A DNA stretch of 64,000 nt from Actinomycetaceae bacterium (GTDB taxonomy: Bacteria; Actinomycetota; Actinomycetes; Actinomycetales; Actinomycetaceae): the NCBI GenBank assembly GCA_030527545.1, contig JAUNAP010000009.1:7185-71184 (forward strand). The letters run 5' to 3'. The notes beneath the pieces are model-generated. The model did not search any database, was not told the origin of the DNA, and saw only the letters and a list, made by a program, of their open reading frames with translations. Below are positions 49,715 through 60,171 of the stretch, piece after piece. A program made the position numbers and the translations under genes. Position 1 is the first letter of the stretch. Every line of letters begins with the position of its first letter.

Positions 49715-50297
49715 GACGCTCCCCACCCCCCGGGAGGGCAGCGATTTCGCCGGCGAACCCGACGGTTTCGAGAGGCTGTGGACCCCCCACCGCTGGGCCT
49801 ACATCTCCGGGGAGGAGAAGCCGGCGGATCACTCCAGCAAGGAGTGTCCCTTCTGCGTGGCTCCCTCACGTAGCGATGAGGAGGGACTCATCGTCTATCG
49901 GGGTGAACGCGTCTTCGCCCTCATGAACCTCTTTCCCTACAATTCGGGGCACCTCCTCGTGTGCCCCTACCGGCATGTCCCCGGTTACGTCGATCTCACG
50001 CCCGAAGAGCGCGAGGAGTTCGGCGAGGTAACGGCTCAAGCTCTGCGGGTGTTAGGGGCCTCCTCCCAGCCCCAGGGCTTTAACCTGGGCATGAATCAGG
50101 GCGAGGTCGCGGGTGCCGGCATTGCCGCGCACCTGCACCAGCACATCATTCCGCGTTGGCGTGGGGACGCGAATTTCTTCCCTCTCATCGCGCGCACAAA
50201 GGCAGTGCCCGAGCTCATCGGGCAGGCACGTGAAAGGCTCGCTATGGCCTGGAGGGAGGCTGCGGGCTCATGCTCGGACAACACGGACGGCAGGTAA
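49704..50297 (+). CDS. HIT-family protein (histidine triad; GalT/Ap4A-phosphorylase-like)
   Basis: HxHxHxx-type motif HLHQHIIPR. Its position after thrS is conserved in actinobacteria. Confidence 0.75.
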   Translation: MISETLPTPREGSDFAGEPDGFERLWTPHRWAYISGEEKPADHSSKECPFCVAPSRSDEEGLIVYRGERVFALMNLFPYNSGHLLVCPYRHVPGYVDLTPEEREEFGEVTAQALRVLGASSQPQGFNLGMNQGEVAGAGIAAHLHQHIIPRWRGDANFFPLIARTKAVPELIGQARERLAMAWREAAGSCSDNTDGR

Positions 50298-50893
50298 CGA
50301 AGGCTCTGTGTGAGGCGCCGGCCAAGGCCCTCGCTCGCGTCGGCGTCACCGCGAACATGGTGACGGTGTGTGGAACGGTCCTCACGATCGCGTGCTCTGC
50401 GGGCTTCCTCGGTACCGGTCGTTTTGCACTCGGCGCTGTGGTCTTGGGAGTCGTTCTTTTGGCTGATTCCCTCGACGGCGTGCTCGCCAGGGTGACGGGG
50501 ACGTCGTCGCGCTTCGGAGCGTTCCTTGACTCGACGCTCGATCGTATCGGTGATGGGGCCGTTTTCGCCTCGCTCGTTGCCGGTCTCATGTGGTGCTATC
50601 CCGAGGATGTCTGGCGCACGATCGGCATCGTGAGTGGACTCATCGCGATGGTCGGTGCGGCGACAGTTCCCTACGCGCGTGCACGTGGGGAATCGATCGG
50701 GGTCACGCCCAGCGTGGGGATTGCGGAGCGGACAGACCGGCTCCTCGTCGCGCTCGTTGCCGCATTCGGCACGGGAGTGTGGGGGGCGACCTGGATTCTC
50801 GCACTCGGCCTGGTCTGGGTTGCTTTCGCCTCGATTGTCACCGTGTGGCAAAGAATCTCCTACGTGCGGCGCCACCTCGAAAGCGGGCGGTGA
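50270..50893 (+). CDS. pgsA: CDP-alcohol phosphatidyltransferase: phosphatidylinositol phosphate synthase
   Basis: DSLDGVLAR...G...D...D motif, the position of the mycobacterial pgsA1 homolog, and a 28-nt overlap with HIT. Confidence 0.8.
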   Translation: MLGQHGRQVTKALCEAPAKALARVGVTANMVTVCGTVLTIACSAGFLGTGRFALGAVVLGVVLLADSLDGVLARVTGTSSRFGAFLDSTLDRIGDGAVFASLVAGLMWCYPEDVWRTIGIVSGLIAMVGAATVPYARARGESIGVTPSVGIAERTDRLLVALVAAFGTGVWGATWILALGLVWVAFASIVTVWQRISYVRRHLESGR

Positions 50894-50895
50894 GG

Positions 50896-51816
50896 ATGAG
50901 TGTGACGGCACGAGTGGCCCGGCTCATCGGGCACGGACCCGTCGGAGTGTGGGAGCGAGCTGCTGGCGTGTGCGGGTCTGTGCTGGCGGTGGTGCCCACA
51001 CGCGGTGTCCGCCAGCTCGAGGCCAACCTTTCGCGCCTCGGTCCCGTCGACCCCGGTCTTATCAGGCGGAACATGGCAGCCTACATGCGCTCGTTTGCCG
51101 CTTCATTCGCGCTCGAGAGCCTCGAGGGACATCGTCTTGATTACGGATGTTGCGCAGTCGGGGAGTGGGAGCGGCTACGCGCCGATGTTAGTCGCGGTCC
51201 CGTCGTCGTGGCCCTCACGCATTCGGGACAGTGGGATCTCGCCGCCGCGTGGGTGGCGCGAAACCTCGCCGGCGTCGTCACCGTCGCCGAGGACCTGCCC
51301 GACCCCGATCTGGCTGAAGCCTTTACGACGTTACGGCGCCGGCTCGGTGTTGACGTTGTCCTCGCCCGCCCCGGTGAACATCCTTTCGAAGCGCTCCTCG
51401 AACGCGTCCGCGATCGCGAAGCGATCCTTGCTCTCCTCGCAGACCGAGACATCACCGGACGCGGGGTGGAGGTCACGTTAGGGGGGCATCGCCTACTCGT
51501 AGCCGCGGGTCCCGCCGCGGCAGCCCAGAGACTGTCTGCGCCGTTGTATCCCGTGCATCTGAGATCTAGGCGCTTGGGAAAGGCAGGGCGATCGCTTCTC
51601 AAGCGCCGCTATGGCCTCACCGTTGACGTGTGCGCCCCCGTCGATGCGCCGAGGATGGGGGTCGAGGCGGCGACGCAGGCGTGGGTTGCCGCCCTCGCCC
51701 CCAAGCTGCATACGTACCCCAGCGAGTGGCACATGCTACAGCGCGTCTTCGTTGATGATCTTGACCCCGAGCGTCTTGCGCGAGCGCGGGAGCGAGCAGG
51801 TAGGGCGGCAACGTGA
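50896..51816 (+). CDS. Lauroyl/myristoyl acyltransferase family protein (phosphatidylinositol mannoside acyltransferase-like)
   Basis: An LpxL/HtrB-like fold with an HSGQWD-like motif. Its position is conserved between pgsA and pimA. Confidence 0.7.
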   Translation: MSVTARVARLIGHGPVGVWERAAGVCGSVLAVVPTRGVRQLEANLSRLGPVDPGLIRRNMAAYMRSFAASFALESLEGHRLDYGCCAVGEWERLRADVSRGPVVVALTHSGQWDLAAAWVARNLAGVVTVAEDLPDPDLAEAFTTLRRRLGVDVVLARPGEHPFEALLERVRDREAILALLADRDITGRGVEVTLGGHRLLVAAGPAAAAQRLSAPLYPVHLRSRRLGKAGRSLLKRRYGLTVDVCAPVDAPRMGVEAATQAWVAALAPKLHTYPSEWHMLQRVFVDDLDPERLARARERAGRAAT

Positions 51817-52973
51817 AGGTCGGTATCGTCTCTCCCTACAGCTTCGACGTGCCCGGGGGCGTTCAGTGGCATATTCGCGATCTCGCTGTCGAACTTCGCA
51901 ACCGCGGTGTCGAGGTCGAGATCTTTGCTCCCGGTGAGCCCGCCGATCCGATCGAGGGTTTCGTGAGTGCTGGGCGCGCCCTCGCGGTCCCCTATAACGG
52001 CTCGGTCGCCCGCCTCTGCTTCGGCCCGGCAGCGAGAATGAGGACCCGGTCGTGGCTGGCTCATGCCGATCTGGATGTGCTCCATGTGCACGAACCACTT
52101 ATTCCCTCGGTGTCGCTGCTCGCACTCTCGTCGGCCACATGCCCCATTGTTGCGACTTTTCACATGGCTACGGTGCGCTCGCTGGCCTACCAGGCTTCGA
52201 TGCCATTTCTCGCGCGGGCTTCGGAAAAGATCTCTGCGCGCATCGCGGTGTCCCAAGAGGCACGCAAGACCCTCATTCATCACCATGGCGGCGACGCCGT
52301 CATCATCCCCAACGGCGTCGACACGCGGGCTTTCGCCGTGGAGCCGGAACCGCAGTGGCAGGCTCGCCCCGGCTCTCCAGTGTTCGTTTTCCTCGGCCGC
52401 GTCGATGAGCCGCGCAAAGGTCTTAACGTATTTGCCGGGGCCATTCCCGCCGTTCGCGCGGTCCTGCCTCAGGCCCGTTTCCTTGTCGCCGGTCGCGGCG
52501 ACGCCACCAAGCTGCTCGGTGAGGCTGTCGACGACGTCGAGATCCTCGGGGAAATCAGTGATGCCGATAAGGCGCGTCTCCTCGCGGGAGCTAGTGCCTA
52601 CGTGGCCCCGCAAACGGGTGGCGAATCCTTCGGTATCGTCCTTGTCGAGGCGATGGCCGCAGGCTGCCCGGTCATCGCTTCCAACATTCCAGCCTTTGAT
52701 GCCGTGTGTGAGGGCGGGCGTTCGGGAAGGCTATTTGCGGTCGGGGATTCTCAGGCCCTAGCGCACGAGCTCATCGACCTTGGCTCCGACAATGATGAGG
52801 CAGGGCAGCTGAGGATGCGCGGCCGCGAGAGGGCGGCACGTTTCGACTGGAGTGTCGTCACCAACGACGTCATGTCCGTCTATGAGACAGTGTGCAGATC
52901 GAACGATGTCGAGGTCGATACGGGCTCGCGGCTGGCGGCACTCGGGATCATCCGGGAGGTAGCCGATGAGTGA
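51813..52973 (+). CDS. pimA: GT4 glycosyltransferase: phosphatidylinositol alpha-mannosyltransferase
   Basis: GT-B fold with an EXFGXXXXE-type motif ESFGIVLVEAMAAG, conserved synteny, and a GTG start overlapping the upstream stop. Confidence 0.8.
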   Translation: MKVGIVSPYSFDVPGGVQWHIRDLAVELRNRGVEVEIFAPGEPADPIEGFVSAGRALAVPYNGSVARLCFGPAARMRTRSWLAHADLDVLHVHEPLIPSVSLLALSSATCPIVATFHMATVRSLAYQASMPFLARASEKISARIAVSQEARKTLIHHHGGDAVIIPNGVDTRAFAVEPEPQWQARPGSPVFVFLGRVDEPRKGLNVFAGAIPAVRAVLPQARFLVAGRGDATKLLGEAVDDVEILGEISDADKARLLAGASAYVAPQTGGESFGIVLVEAMAAGCPVIASNIPAFDAVCEGGRSGRLFAVGDSQALAHELIDLGSDNDEAGQLRMRGRERAARFDWSVVTNDVMSVYETVCRSNDVEVDTGSRLAALGIIREVADE

Positions 52974-53565
52974 GCTAGCGTCGTGGCTCGTCCTCGCCGG
53001 CATCGTCGTTGCCATTGTGCTCTTGCTCGCGTGGCGCTTGGCAACCAGACTCGACGGGTTGCACCGCCAGGTTCTCCAGGCGCGGGCCTCCCTCGACACG
53101 TTGCTCGTCAGACGCGCACACGAGGCCATGCAGCTGGCAACGAGCGATCTGCTCGATCCGGCCTCCGCCCTGTTGCTGGCCCAGGCTGCCAGCGAGGCAC
53201 TCGATGCATCGGGAACGCTGGCAGACGACGGCTTCTCACCCCGCGAGCGCTACACCCTCACACGGCCAGATCCCACGCATACGTCGACGCCGCGCGCCGC
53301 CGCCGAGTCGCGTCTCACCCAGGTCTTACGGGTGATTCTCAGCGCTGACGTGCGTGAAGAGATCGAAGCTCACGAGTCGGGGCGGACCCTGTTTTTTCAG
53401 CTCATGCGTGCGAATCAGCAGGTGGCTTATGCCCGTCGCTTTCACAATGATCACGTGTCGCGCTGCCGTCAGTTGCGTTCGCAGATCATCGTGCGTGCGC
53501 TTCATCTGGCGGGCCGGGCCGCCATGCCCGACACTGTGGATATCGACGACGTCCTCAACGTATAG
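52966..53565 (+). CDS. Hypothetical protein with an N-terminal TM helix
   Basis: A GGGAGG RBS is present. The gene is coupled within the operon. Confidence 0.4.
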   Translation: MSELASWLVLAGIVVAIVLLLAWRLATRLDGLHRQVLQARASLDTLLVRRAHEAMQLATSDLLDPASALLLAQAASEALDASGTLADDGFSPRERYTLTRPDPTHTSTPRAAAESRLTQVLRVILSADVREEIEAHESGRTLFFQLMRANQQVAYARRFHNDHVSRCRQLRSQIIVRALHLAGRAAMPDTVDIDDVLNV

Positions 53566-53574
53566 GACACTGAC

Positions 53575-54756
53575 GTGACCGTTGCACTCGAGCAGTTCCG
53601 GCTTTCCTCGCACCGCCAGGCCGATCCATTCGTTGCACCGAGAGGGGAGGCAGCGAGGCCGGTAGCAACGGCGCCACGTGTGTCCAGACGGGTTGGTGGG
53701 ATCGCGATCGGGGCGATAGGTGGGCTTGGACTCGCCGCCATCGTCGTCCTCATCGCGCTTCGGGGCAATGCAGTGGCCACGAGCCTGGCCTTTATTGCGG
53801 CTGTGGTTCCCCTCGTCGTCGTCGCGGCGACGCTGTGTCACCTGGATCGGTGGGAGCCCGAACCCCCAGGTCTGCTCGTTTTGGCCGTGGCTTGGGGTAG
53901 TGGCGTGGCCACCTCCCTCGCACTTGTTGCCTCTTACACGGGCCAGGCGGCACTGGTGTCCTTTATTCCGAAGGCCTCGCAAGCCGAGGAACTTATGGTG
54001 ACGATCCAGGCGCCGCTGGTGGAGGAGGCACTCAAGGGACTCGGAGTCGTCGTCCTCGTGGTGGGGGCTCGCGAGAAGGTGAGCGCACCGCTAGACGGTA
54101 TTGTCATCGCCGGCCTCGTGGGCGCTGGGTTCGCGTTTACGGAAAACATCTTGTACTTCGTCCAGGCTGGCGAGTCGGTCGTCGTCGTGTTCGTTCTACG
54201 TGCCATTGCCTCGCCGTTTTGCCATTCGATGTTCACTTCGTTCACGGGACTCGCAGTGGCGATGGGGCTGACGCGTATGAGTCGGCGCCGGGATAGGGCG
54301 GGCGTGGCGGCTGTGGGCTTGGCAACGGCGGTGGTCCTTCATGCTGCTTGGAATGGTCTTGCCACGTACATTGGGGCGGGCTTCCTGGTCGCCTACCTGG
54401 CCGTTTGGGTACCGTTCTTTTGCGGGTGGTTTGTTGTGCTGTGGCGGGTCTCGCGTCAAGAACAGCGTGCCATCGCCGTTGGGCTCGTACCCTTCGTTGA
54501 GGGCGGGTGGATCACGAGCGGTGAGGCGGCGCTCGTGGGTGACCTGCGTGCACGTCGCATCGCCATTGGGCGGGCCCGCAGACGCTCGCGCGCACTGGGA
54601 CGCGACATGCGCCGGTTCGTAGAGACGGCTGCTCGTCTCGCGCTCACACGTTCGCTGTGCGCACCCCACATGGAGGAGCGGGCGAAGACTCTCATCGCCG
54701 AAGATCTTCAACGCCTCGAGCACGTACGGGACAGGCTCGTGCGAGGTAACGCATGA
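53575..54756 (+). CDS. PrsW-family intramembrane metalloprotease
   Basis: Multi-TM protein with PrsW-like motifs (EEALKGLGVVVLV, FAFTENILY, HAAWN). Confidence 0.6.
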   Translation: MTVALEQFRLSSHRQADPFVAPRGEAARPVATAPRVSRRVGGIAIGAIGGLGLAAIVVLIALRGNAVATSLAFIAAVVPLVVVAATLCHLDRWEPEPPGLLVLAVAWGSGVATSLALVASYTGQAALVSFIPKASQAEELMVTIQAPLVEEALKGLGVVVLVVGAREKVSAPLDGIVIAGLVGAGFAFTENILYFVQAGESVVVVFVLRAIASPFCHSMFTSFTGLAVAMGLTRMSRRRDRAGVAAVGLATAVVLHAAWNGLATYIGAGFLVAYLAVWVPFFCGWFVVLWRVSRQEQRAIAVGLVPFVEGGWITSGEAALVGDLRARRIAIGRARRRSRALGRDMRRFVETAARLALTRSLCAPHMEERAKTLIAEDLQRLEHVRDRLVRGNA

Positions 54757-55286
54757 GCGCCTTCGACACGGGGTGGAGCCGGAGTAGCGATGGTGTGCCC
54801 TATAGACGAGCCGCTAGGGTCCTTCCCTTGCGCCGGGACGCCGTTTTGCTCGTGCGCGGACGCGACTTCACGAACCGGCAGCGTTCGTGGTGGTTCACCA
54901 TCGGTGGCGGTATCGAGCCAGGGGAGACGCCGCTGCAGGCTGCCGTACGTGAACTGCGTGAAGAAACCGGTTTTGTTGCGGACCCGGCGGACCTTGTCGG
55001 CCCGGTCGCCCACCGATTGACGACCCTACGTTTCACCCATTCCGTTGCCCGACAGGAGGAGGACTACTTCCTGTGGAGGTGCCCGAGCGCCCAAGGGCAA
55101 GCCCCGTTATCGCTCACTGATTTCGAGCGCGAGGTCCTTTCTGGGACCGCGTGGATGACCCCGGATAACATCGCCGAAGCCCGGCGTGAGGGGGCGGAAG
55201 TTTTTCCTCCCAACCTCGCCGAGCTTGTACGCGGATGGCTAGCCGGGTGGGACGGACGAGTGGTCAGGCTAGTCGACGAGGGCTGA
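54753..55286 (+). CDS. NUDIX hydrolase
   Basis: Nudix box GGGIEPGETPLQAAVRELREETG. Confidence 0.85.
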   Translation: MSAFDTGWSRSSDGVPYRRAARVLPLRRDAVLLVRGRDFTNRQRSWWFTIGGGIEPGETPLQAAVRELREETGFVADPADLVGPVAHRLTTLRFTHSVARQEEDYFLWRCPSAQGQAPLSLTDFEREVLSGTAWMTPDNIAEARREGAEVFPPNLAELVRGWLAGWDGRVVRLVDEG

Positions 55287-56210
55287 TGCAGATCGCGCCA
55301 ACCTGAGATCGAGTACGGCGCACACCGTCTCGTGGAAGGCAACGTCGATTCCCAGCGCGTGAGCGCGTTCGACGAGACGCCCGTTGAGGCCGTCGAGTTC
55401 CCCGCGTTTGCCCTGGGCGATGTCGCGCTGCAGGGAGGTAGTCGAGTCGGGATCCATCGCCATAAGCGCCGACACGATGCCCTCAATGTCGTCCTCACTG
55501 AGATTTACTCCCGCGGCGGTGGCTACGCTCCTCGCTTCGGCGAGGCTGCGATCGATGAGGGCCCTCGTGCCGGGGTTTTCCCGCACCGCGCCGATAGGAG
55601 CGTCGGCAAGCGCACATACGCCTCCGAAGGTCGTGATGAGCGCGAATTTGCGCCACAGGAGGTGATCAATATCCGACGTGGCGAAGGCGCGGATGAGTGA
55701 GGAATCGAAGGAATCGACGAGGCGCGCGATCTGTTCGCTTCCGGTCCCATCGAGGGCGTGGTCTGCCAGCTGTAATCCCGGGACTGGTCCGAGTGAGCGT
55801 GCCCGTCCAGGTTCGATGAGCGTCGAGACCATCGTCGTGATTCCGGGCACAACGTGCGCGCTGGGATAGGCCTCGGCGAGTCGACTCGGCGCCTCGATAC
55901 CGTTGAGGAGCGAGACGATGAGGGTCTCGGGCGTGAGAAGTGGCGACAGGGAGGCGATGACGTCGTCGAGCTGGTAGAGCTTGACGGCGACGATGACGGC
56001 ATTAACGGGACCGATATCGTGAGCGTTCGCCGTCGCGATCTTGACAGGCGCCTCGTAATCGCCCTGCCCGGTCTCGATAACGAGCCCATTGGCGGTGAGT
56101 GGCTCGACGTGGCGCGGTGTCGTCAGGCAGGCTACATCAGCTCCACCCCGCGACAGCGCGGCGGCGCATAGAGCACCGACGCCGCCTGTTCCAACTACTG
56201 CATAGGTCAT
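55269..56210 (-). CDS. 2-dehydropantoate 2-reductase family (ketopantoate reductase ApbA/PanE)
   Basis: N-terminal GTGGVG Rossmann motif and the ApbA C-terminal domain. Confidence 0.75.
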   Translation of the reverse strand: MTYAVVGTGGVGALCAAALSRGGADVACLTTPRHVEPLTANGLVIETGQGDYEAPVKIATANAHDIGPVNAVIVAVKLYQLDDVIASLSPLLTPETLIVSLLNGIEAPSRLAEAYPSAHVVPGITTMVSTLIEPGRARSLGPVPGLQLADHALDGTGSEQIARLVDSFDSSLIRAFATSDIDHLLWRKFALITTFGGVCALADAPIGAVRENPGTRALIDRSLAEARSVATAAGVNLSEDDIEGIVSALMAMDPDSTTSLQRDIAQGKRGELDGLNGRLVERAHALGIDVAFHETVCAVLDLRLARSASALVD

Positions 56211-56311
56211 GAGACCATGCTAGCGCTGAGACGCGGGCCCCGGGCTCCGCTACACTAGTCCAGTCACGGCGCGCTGCGCCCCACATCAGGTCCAACGCAA
56301 GGAGCACGTAC

Positions 56312-57073
56312 ATGTCGGGTCACTCCAAATGGGCAACGACGAAGCACAAGAAGGCCGCGATCGATGCCAAGCGCGGCAAGCTCTTCGCTCGCCTCATCAA
56401 GAATATTGAGGTCGCGGCTCGCACCGGTGGTGGCGATCCCGCCGGAAACCCGACTCTCTACGACGCCATTCAAAAGGCCAAGAAGAACTCGGTCCCCGCC
56501 GATAACATCGATCGAGCCGTCAAGCGGGGCTCGGGCGCTGAGGCTGGCGGTGCCGATTGGGAAACGATCATGTACGAGGGGTACGGTCCCGCCGGTGTCG
56601 CCTTCCTCGTCGAATGCCTCACCGACAACCGTAACCGCGCTGCCTCGGACGTGCGCACGGCCTTCAACCGCCACGGCGGTTCGCTCGCTGATCCCGGTTC
56701 GGTGTCCTATCTCTTCACCCGTCGTGGGCTCGTCACGGTGCCCGCCGCCGACGGTGTTGACGAGGACGCCGTGACCATGGCCGTGCTCGAGGCTGGTGCC
56801 GATGAGGTGGAGGCGACCGAGGACGGCTTCGAAATCATGTGTGAGCCCAACGATGTCGTCGCCGTGCGCACGGCTCTCCAAGATGCCGGCATCGACTACG
56901 ATGCCGCAGAGACGAAGTGGATCCCTTCGACGAGCGTCGAGGTCGATGCGGACAAGTACAAGGCCGTTATGCGCCTCTACGATGCGCTCGAAGATTCCGA
57001 TGACGTTCAAGAGATTTCGACGTCTATGTCGGTATCGGATGAGGTTCTCGCCGCCGTCGAGCAGGAGGGCTAG
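56312..57073 (+). CDS. yebC: YebC/PmpR-family DNA-binding transcriptional regulator
   Basis: The protein starts [37 protein letters not shown]. Confidence 0.9.
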   Translation: MSGHSKWATTKHKKAAIDAKRGKLFARLIKNIEVAARTGGGDPAGNPTLYDAIQKAKKNSVPADNIDRAVKRGSGAEAGGADWETIMYEGYGPAGVAFLVECLTDNRNRAASDVRTAFNRHGGSLADPGSVSYLFTRRGLVTVPAADGVDEDAVTMAVLEAGADEVEATEDGFEIMCEPNDVVAVRTALQDAGIDYDAAETKWIPSTSVEVDADKYKAVMRLYDALEDSDDVQEISTSMSVSDEVLAAVEQEG

Positions 57074-57079
57074 CACGCC

Positions 57080-57835
57080 GTGACCTCGCTGACACTGCTG
57101 TGTCTCGCGGTCACACTCGGTTTTGGTGCAATCTCGCAGCGGGTGTGCGGGATGGGAATGGGCCTCGTGGCCGTGCCCTTTTTCGTACTCGCAACAGGGC
57201 CCGTACTGGGCGTCTTTACCGTCAACCTGGCCGCAACGGTGACGGGCCTTGCCGTGTGCTACTCGCTGCGCAACGATATCTTATGGGACCGATGGCGCAC
57301 GATCGCCTGGTGGTCCATCGTCGGTACGCTCCCGGGTGTCCTCATCGTCGCCTGGCTGCCTAGCGCCCTACTCCAAATCGTTATCGGCTCTTTCCTCGTC
57401 TTAGCGCTCATCACCTCGGTGTGGCTCGTCCGCTACAGGTTCCCCATACCGCGGCAGGCGCTGGGGGCAACAGGATTCGTCGGCGGCCTCCTCAACTGCA
57501 CGGTCGGGCAGGCCGCGCCCGCGATGGTTCTCTATCAGCGGGCTACGCGGTGGGATCAACGCACCTTTCAAGCGACTCTGCAGCCCTCGTTTCTCGTCAT
57601 GAATATTGCTTCTCTCGTCGCCAAGGGGGTGGGTGTCGACTTGCCCCCGATACCGATGGGTGCGCTCGTTTTTTTCGCCACGGTGACTGGGGCGACATGC
57701 CTGGGTATCGTTGCTGGCGAGATCCTCGCTCGCCACGTCTCGAGTGAGCTGGCCCGCAAGTTCGCTTTCGCCGTTGCTCTCGCCGGCGCAGCGGCGACGC
57801 TGTTTCGTGGCATCTTGGCGGCGATGCAAGGATGA
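57080..57835 (+). CDS. TauE/SafE-family (DUF81) sulfite/anion exporter-like membrane protein
   Basis: 8 TM helices and an internally repeated 4+4 architecture. Confidence 0.6.
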   Translation: MTSLTLLCLAVTLGFGAISQRVCGMGMGLVAVPFFVLATGPVLGVFTVNLAATVTGLAVCYSLRNDILWDRWRTIAWWSIVGTLPGVLIVAWLPSALLQIVIGSFLVLALITSVWLVRYRFPIPRQALGATGFVGGLLNCTVGQAAPAMVLYQRATRWDQRTFQATLQPSFLVMNIASLVAKGVGVDLPPIPMGALVFFATVTGATCLGIVAGEILARHVSSELARKFAFAVALAGAAATLFRGILAAMQG

Positions 57836-58461
57836 GGATTCTCGGTATCGACCCGGGATTGACCCGGTGCGGATTGGGTGTTATCGACGTCGACGAGACG
57901 AGACGGCTCAGCCTCGTTCACGTTGAGTGTGCGCGATCGCAGGCGAAGATGGGCGCCCAGTTTCGCCTGCGCGATATCGGTCAGGCGATCGAGCGCGTCA
58001 TCGATACTTACGATCCCGACATTGCAGCTATTGAGCGCGTCTTCGCTCAGGACAATCTCCAGTCGGTGACGACGACAATGCAGGTCATGGGCGTGGCGAT
58101 GTATTGCTGTGGTGTGCGCGGCAAACCGATGGCTGTACACACCCCCTCCCAGGTTAAGGCCGCCGTAACGGGATCGGGCACCGCGGGTAAGGCCCAGGTC
58201 CAGCACATGGTCTCGCGAATCCTCGCTTTGAAGACGGTTGTGCGCCCGGCCGATGCGGCCGATGCGCTCGCCATCGCGATATGCCAGGCGTGGCGCGGGG
58301 ACAACATCGAGGGAACGCGCTCGGATTCGCGCGTGAGTGTGTCGCTCTCGGGCGGAGTGAGCGCCCACGCCGAGCTCACGCCGGCACAGCGAGTGTGGGC
58401 TGATGCGCAAGCAGCGGCGCGCCGCTCGGGTGCGGTAGATCCCAGACGGCGAACCCACTAA
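57832..58461 (+). CDS. ruvC: Crossover junction endodeoxyribonuclease RuvC
   Basis: The protein starts MRILGIDPGLTRCGLGVIDV (RNase H-like). Confidence 0.9.
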   Translation: MRILGIDPGLTRCGLGVIDVDETRRLSLVHVECARSQAKMGAQFRLRDIGQAIERVIDTYDPDIAAIERVFAQDNLQSVTTTMQVMGVAMYCCGVRGKPMAVHTPSQVKAAVTGSGTAGKAQVQHMVSRILALKTVVRPADAADALAIAICQAWRGDNIEGTRSDSRVSVSLSGGVSAHAELTPAQRVWADAQAAARRSGAVDPRRRTH

Positions 58462-58494
58462 TATCAAACATATGTTCGACAAGAAGGTCTCGGG

Positions 58495-59079
58495 ATGATC
58501 GCGCACATTCGCGGAAACGTCGTGGACAGGGGCGCCGCGCACGTCGTCATCGACGTCGGCGGCGTGGGCTATCGACTCGAAACGACGCCCGAAGCTGCCT
58601 CGCGTCTGCACGTGGGGGAGGAGGCACGCCTGTTCACCCACCTGGCGGTGCGCGAAGACGCTCTCACCCTCTACGGTTTTGCTACCGCCGATGAGCGCGA
58701 CTGCTTCATCCAGCTCATCGCGGTGCCGAGGATCGGGCCCAAACTTGCGGTAGCGACGCTCGCGATCTTTACTCCCGACGATCTGCGCGCGCTACTGGCG
58801 GCCGGTGACGCCGCCGGTTTGACGAGGATTCCGGGGGTTGGCAAGAAGTCGGCGCAACGGATGATTATCGATATTGGCGACAAACTGGGCCCCGCCGGCG
58901 CTACGGCCGCGGTCGTGTCGCCAATGAGAGCGGATCTCGTCTCGGCGCTGACGAATCTGGGGTGGAATGATGCTCAGGCCGAGAAGGCGCTCGCAGCGGC
59001 AACTCAGGTAGCGGCGGAAGCAGACGATGCGACCGTCTTACGTGAGGCTCTCAAGTACTTAGGAGCGCGCCGTGGATGA
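58495..59079 (+). CDS. ruvA: Holliday junction DNA helicase RuvA
   Basis: The protein starts MIAHIRGNV... and has HhH motifs. Confidence 0.9.
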   Translation: MIAHIRGNVVDRGAAHVVIDVGGVGYRLETTPEAASRLHVGEEARLFTHLAVREDALTLYGFATADERDCFIQLIAVPRIGPKLAVATLAIFTPDDLRALLAAGDAAGLTRIPGVGKKSAQRMIIDIGDKLGPAGATAAVVSPMRADLVSALTNLGWNDAQAEKALAAATQVAAEADDATVLREALKYLGARRG

Positions 59080-60085
59080 AGCCTACGTCAGCCCCATGAC
59101 GGCCCAGGCAGGAGCCGAGGAGCGCGCTGCCGAATCCGCGCTGAGACCCAAGCTGCTCAATGAGTTCGTTGGACAACCCCACGTGCGCCGTCAGCTCGAT
59201 CTCGTCCTCACTTCGGCGCGCCATCGTGGCGTGAGCGCCGATCACGTGCTGTTGTCCGGGCCTCCGGGTCTCGGAAAGACCACCCTCGCCATGATCGTGG
59301 CCCAAGAGATGGGTTCGGCTCTGAGACTAACGTCTGGCCCCGCTATTCAACACGCCGGGGACCTCGCCTCGATTCTTTCGGCTCTCAATGAGGGCGACGT
59401 GTTGTTTATCGACGAGATCCATCGACTCTCCCGGGCCGCTGAGGAGATGCTCTACCTCGCGATGGAGGATTTTCGGGTCGATGTTGTCGTGGGCAAGGGC
59501 CCGGGCGCGACCTCGATTCCGCTGACGCTACCGCCATTCACCGTTGTGGGTGCTACGACGCGGGCCGGTCTCCTCCCCGCCCCGCTTCGGGACCGCTTTG
59601 GCTTCACCGCTCATTTGGACTACTACACCGCCGAGGAGCTCTCGGCGGTGCTGGCGCGCTCGGCCGGCTTGTTGTGCTTCACGCTCGACGAGGACGCCTC
59701 GGCCGAGATCGCCAGGCGTTCGCGTGGTACTCCGCGCATCGCGAATCGGCTCTTGCGGCGCGTCATCGACTATGCCCACGTCCACTCCGATGGTTCTCGT
59801 GCGACGATGAGTGACGCCCTTGCTGCCCTGGAGCTTTTCGACGTTGATCCGGCCGGCTTGGACCGGCTGGACCGTGCCGTTCTCGATGCGCTGTGCCGTC
59901 GTTTTGGCGGCGGACCGGTCGGTTTGACGACACTAGCTCAAACGGTAGGGGAGGAAACGGAGACGGTAGAGACGGTAGCCGAGCCCTATCTTGTGCGTGA
60001 GGGCTACATTCTGCGCTCGCCGCGCGGACGGATCGCTACCGAGGCAGCCTGGCGCCATCTTGGGCTGAAGCCGAACAGCAGGTGA
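59072..60085 (+). CDS. ruvB: Holliday junction DNA helicase RuvB
   Basis: AAA+ Walker A motif [11 protein letters not shown]. Confidence 0.92.
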   Translation: MDEAYVSPMTAQAGAEERAAESALRPKLLNEFVGQPHVRRQLDLVLTSARHRGVSADHVLLSGPPGLGKTTLAMIVAQEMGSALRLTSGPAIQHAGDLASILSALNEGDVLFIDEIHRLSRAAEEMLYLAMEDFRVDVVVGKGPGATSIPLTLPPFTVVGATTRAGLLPAPLRDRFGFTAHLDYYTAEELSAVLARSAGLLCFTLDEDASAEIARRSRGTPRIANRLLRRVIDYAHVHSDGSRATMSDALAALELFDVDPAGLDRLDRAVLDALCRRFGGGPVGLTTLAQTVGEETETVETVAEPYLVREGYILRSPRGRIATEAAWRHLGLKPNSR

Positions 60086-60123
60086 GGTCAGGCGCCTCAC
60101 AAAAAATAACAATTCCTAGGCGA

Positions 60124-60142
60124 GTCCCGTAGAATACGGGAC
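60124..60142. promoter_or_regulatory. 19-bp perfect palindrome GTCCCGTAGAATACGGGAC about 30 nt upstream of yajC
   Basis: Read directly from the sequence. It could be a small terminator stem or an operator. Confidence 0.25.
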
Positions 60143-60171
60143 GTTTGTGGTGAACCAACCGAGGAGCAATC

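Noticed and set aside
57568-58641. 357-aa minus ORF
   Set aside because: It is antisense to ruvC and the TauE gene
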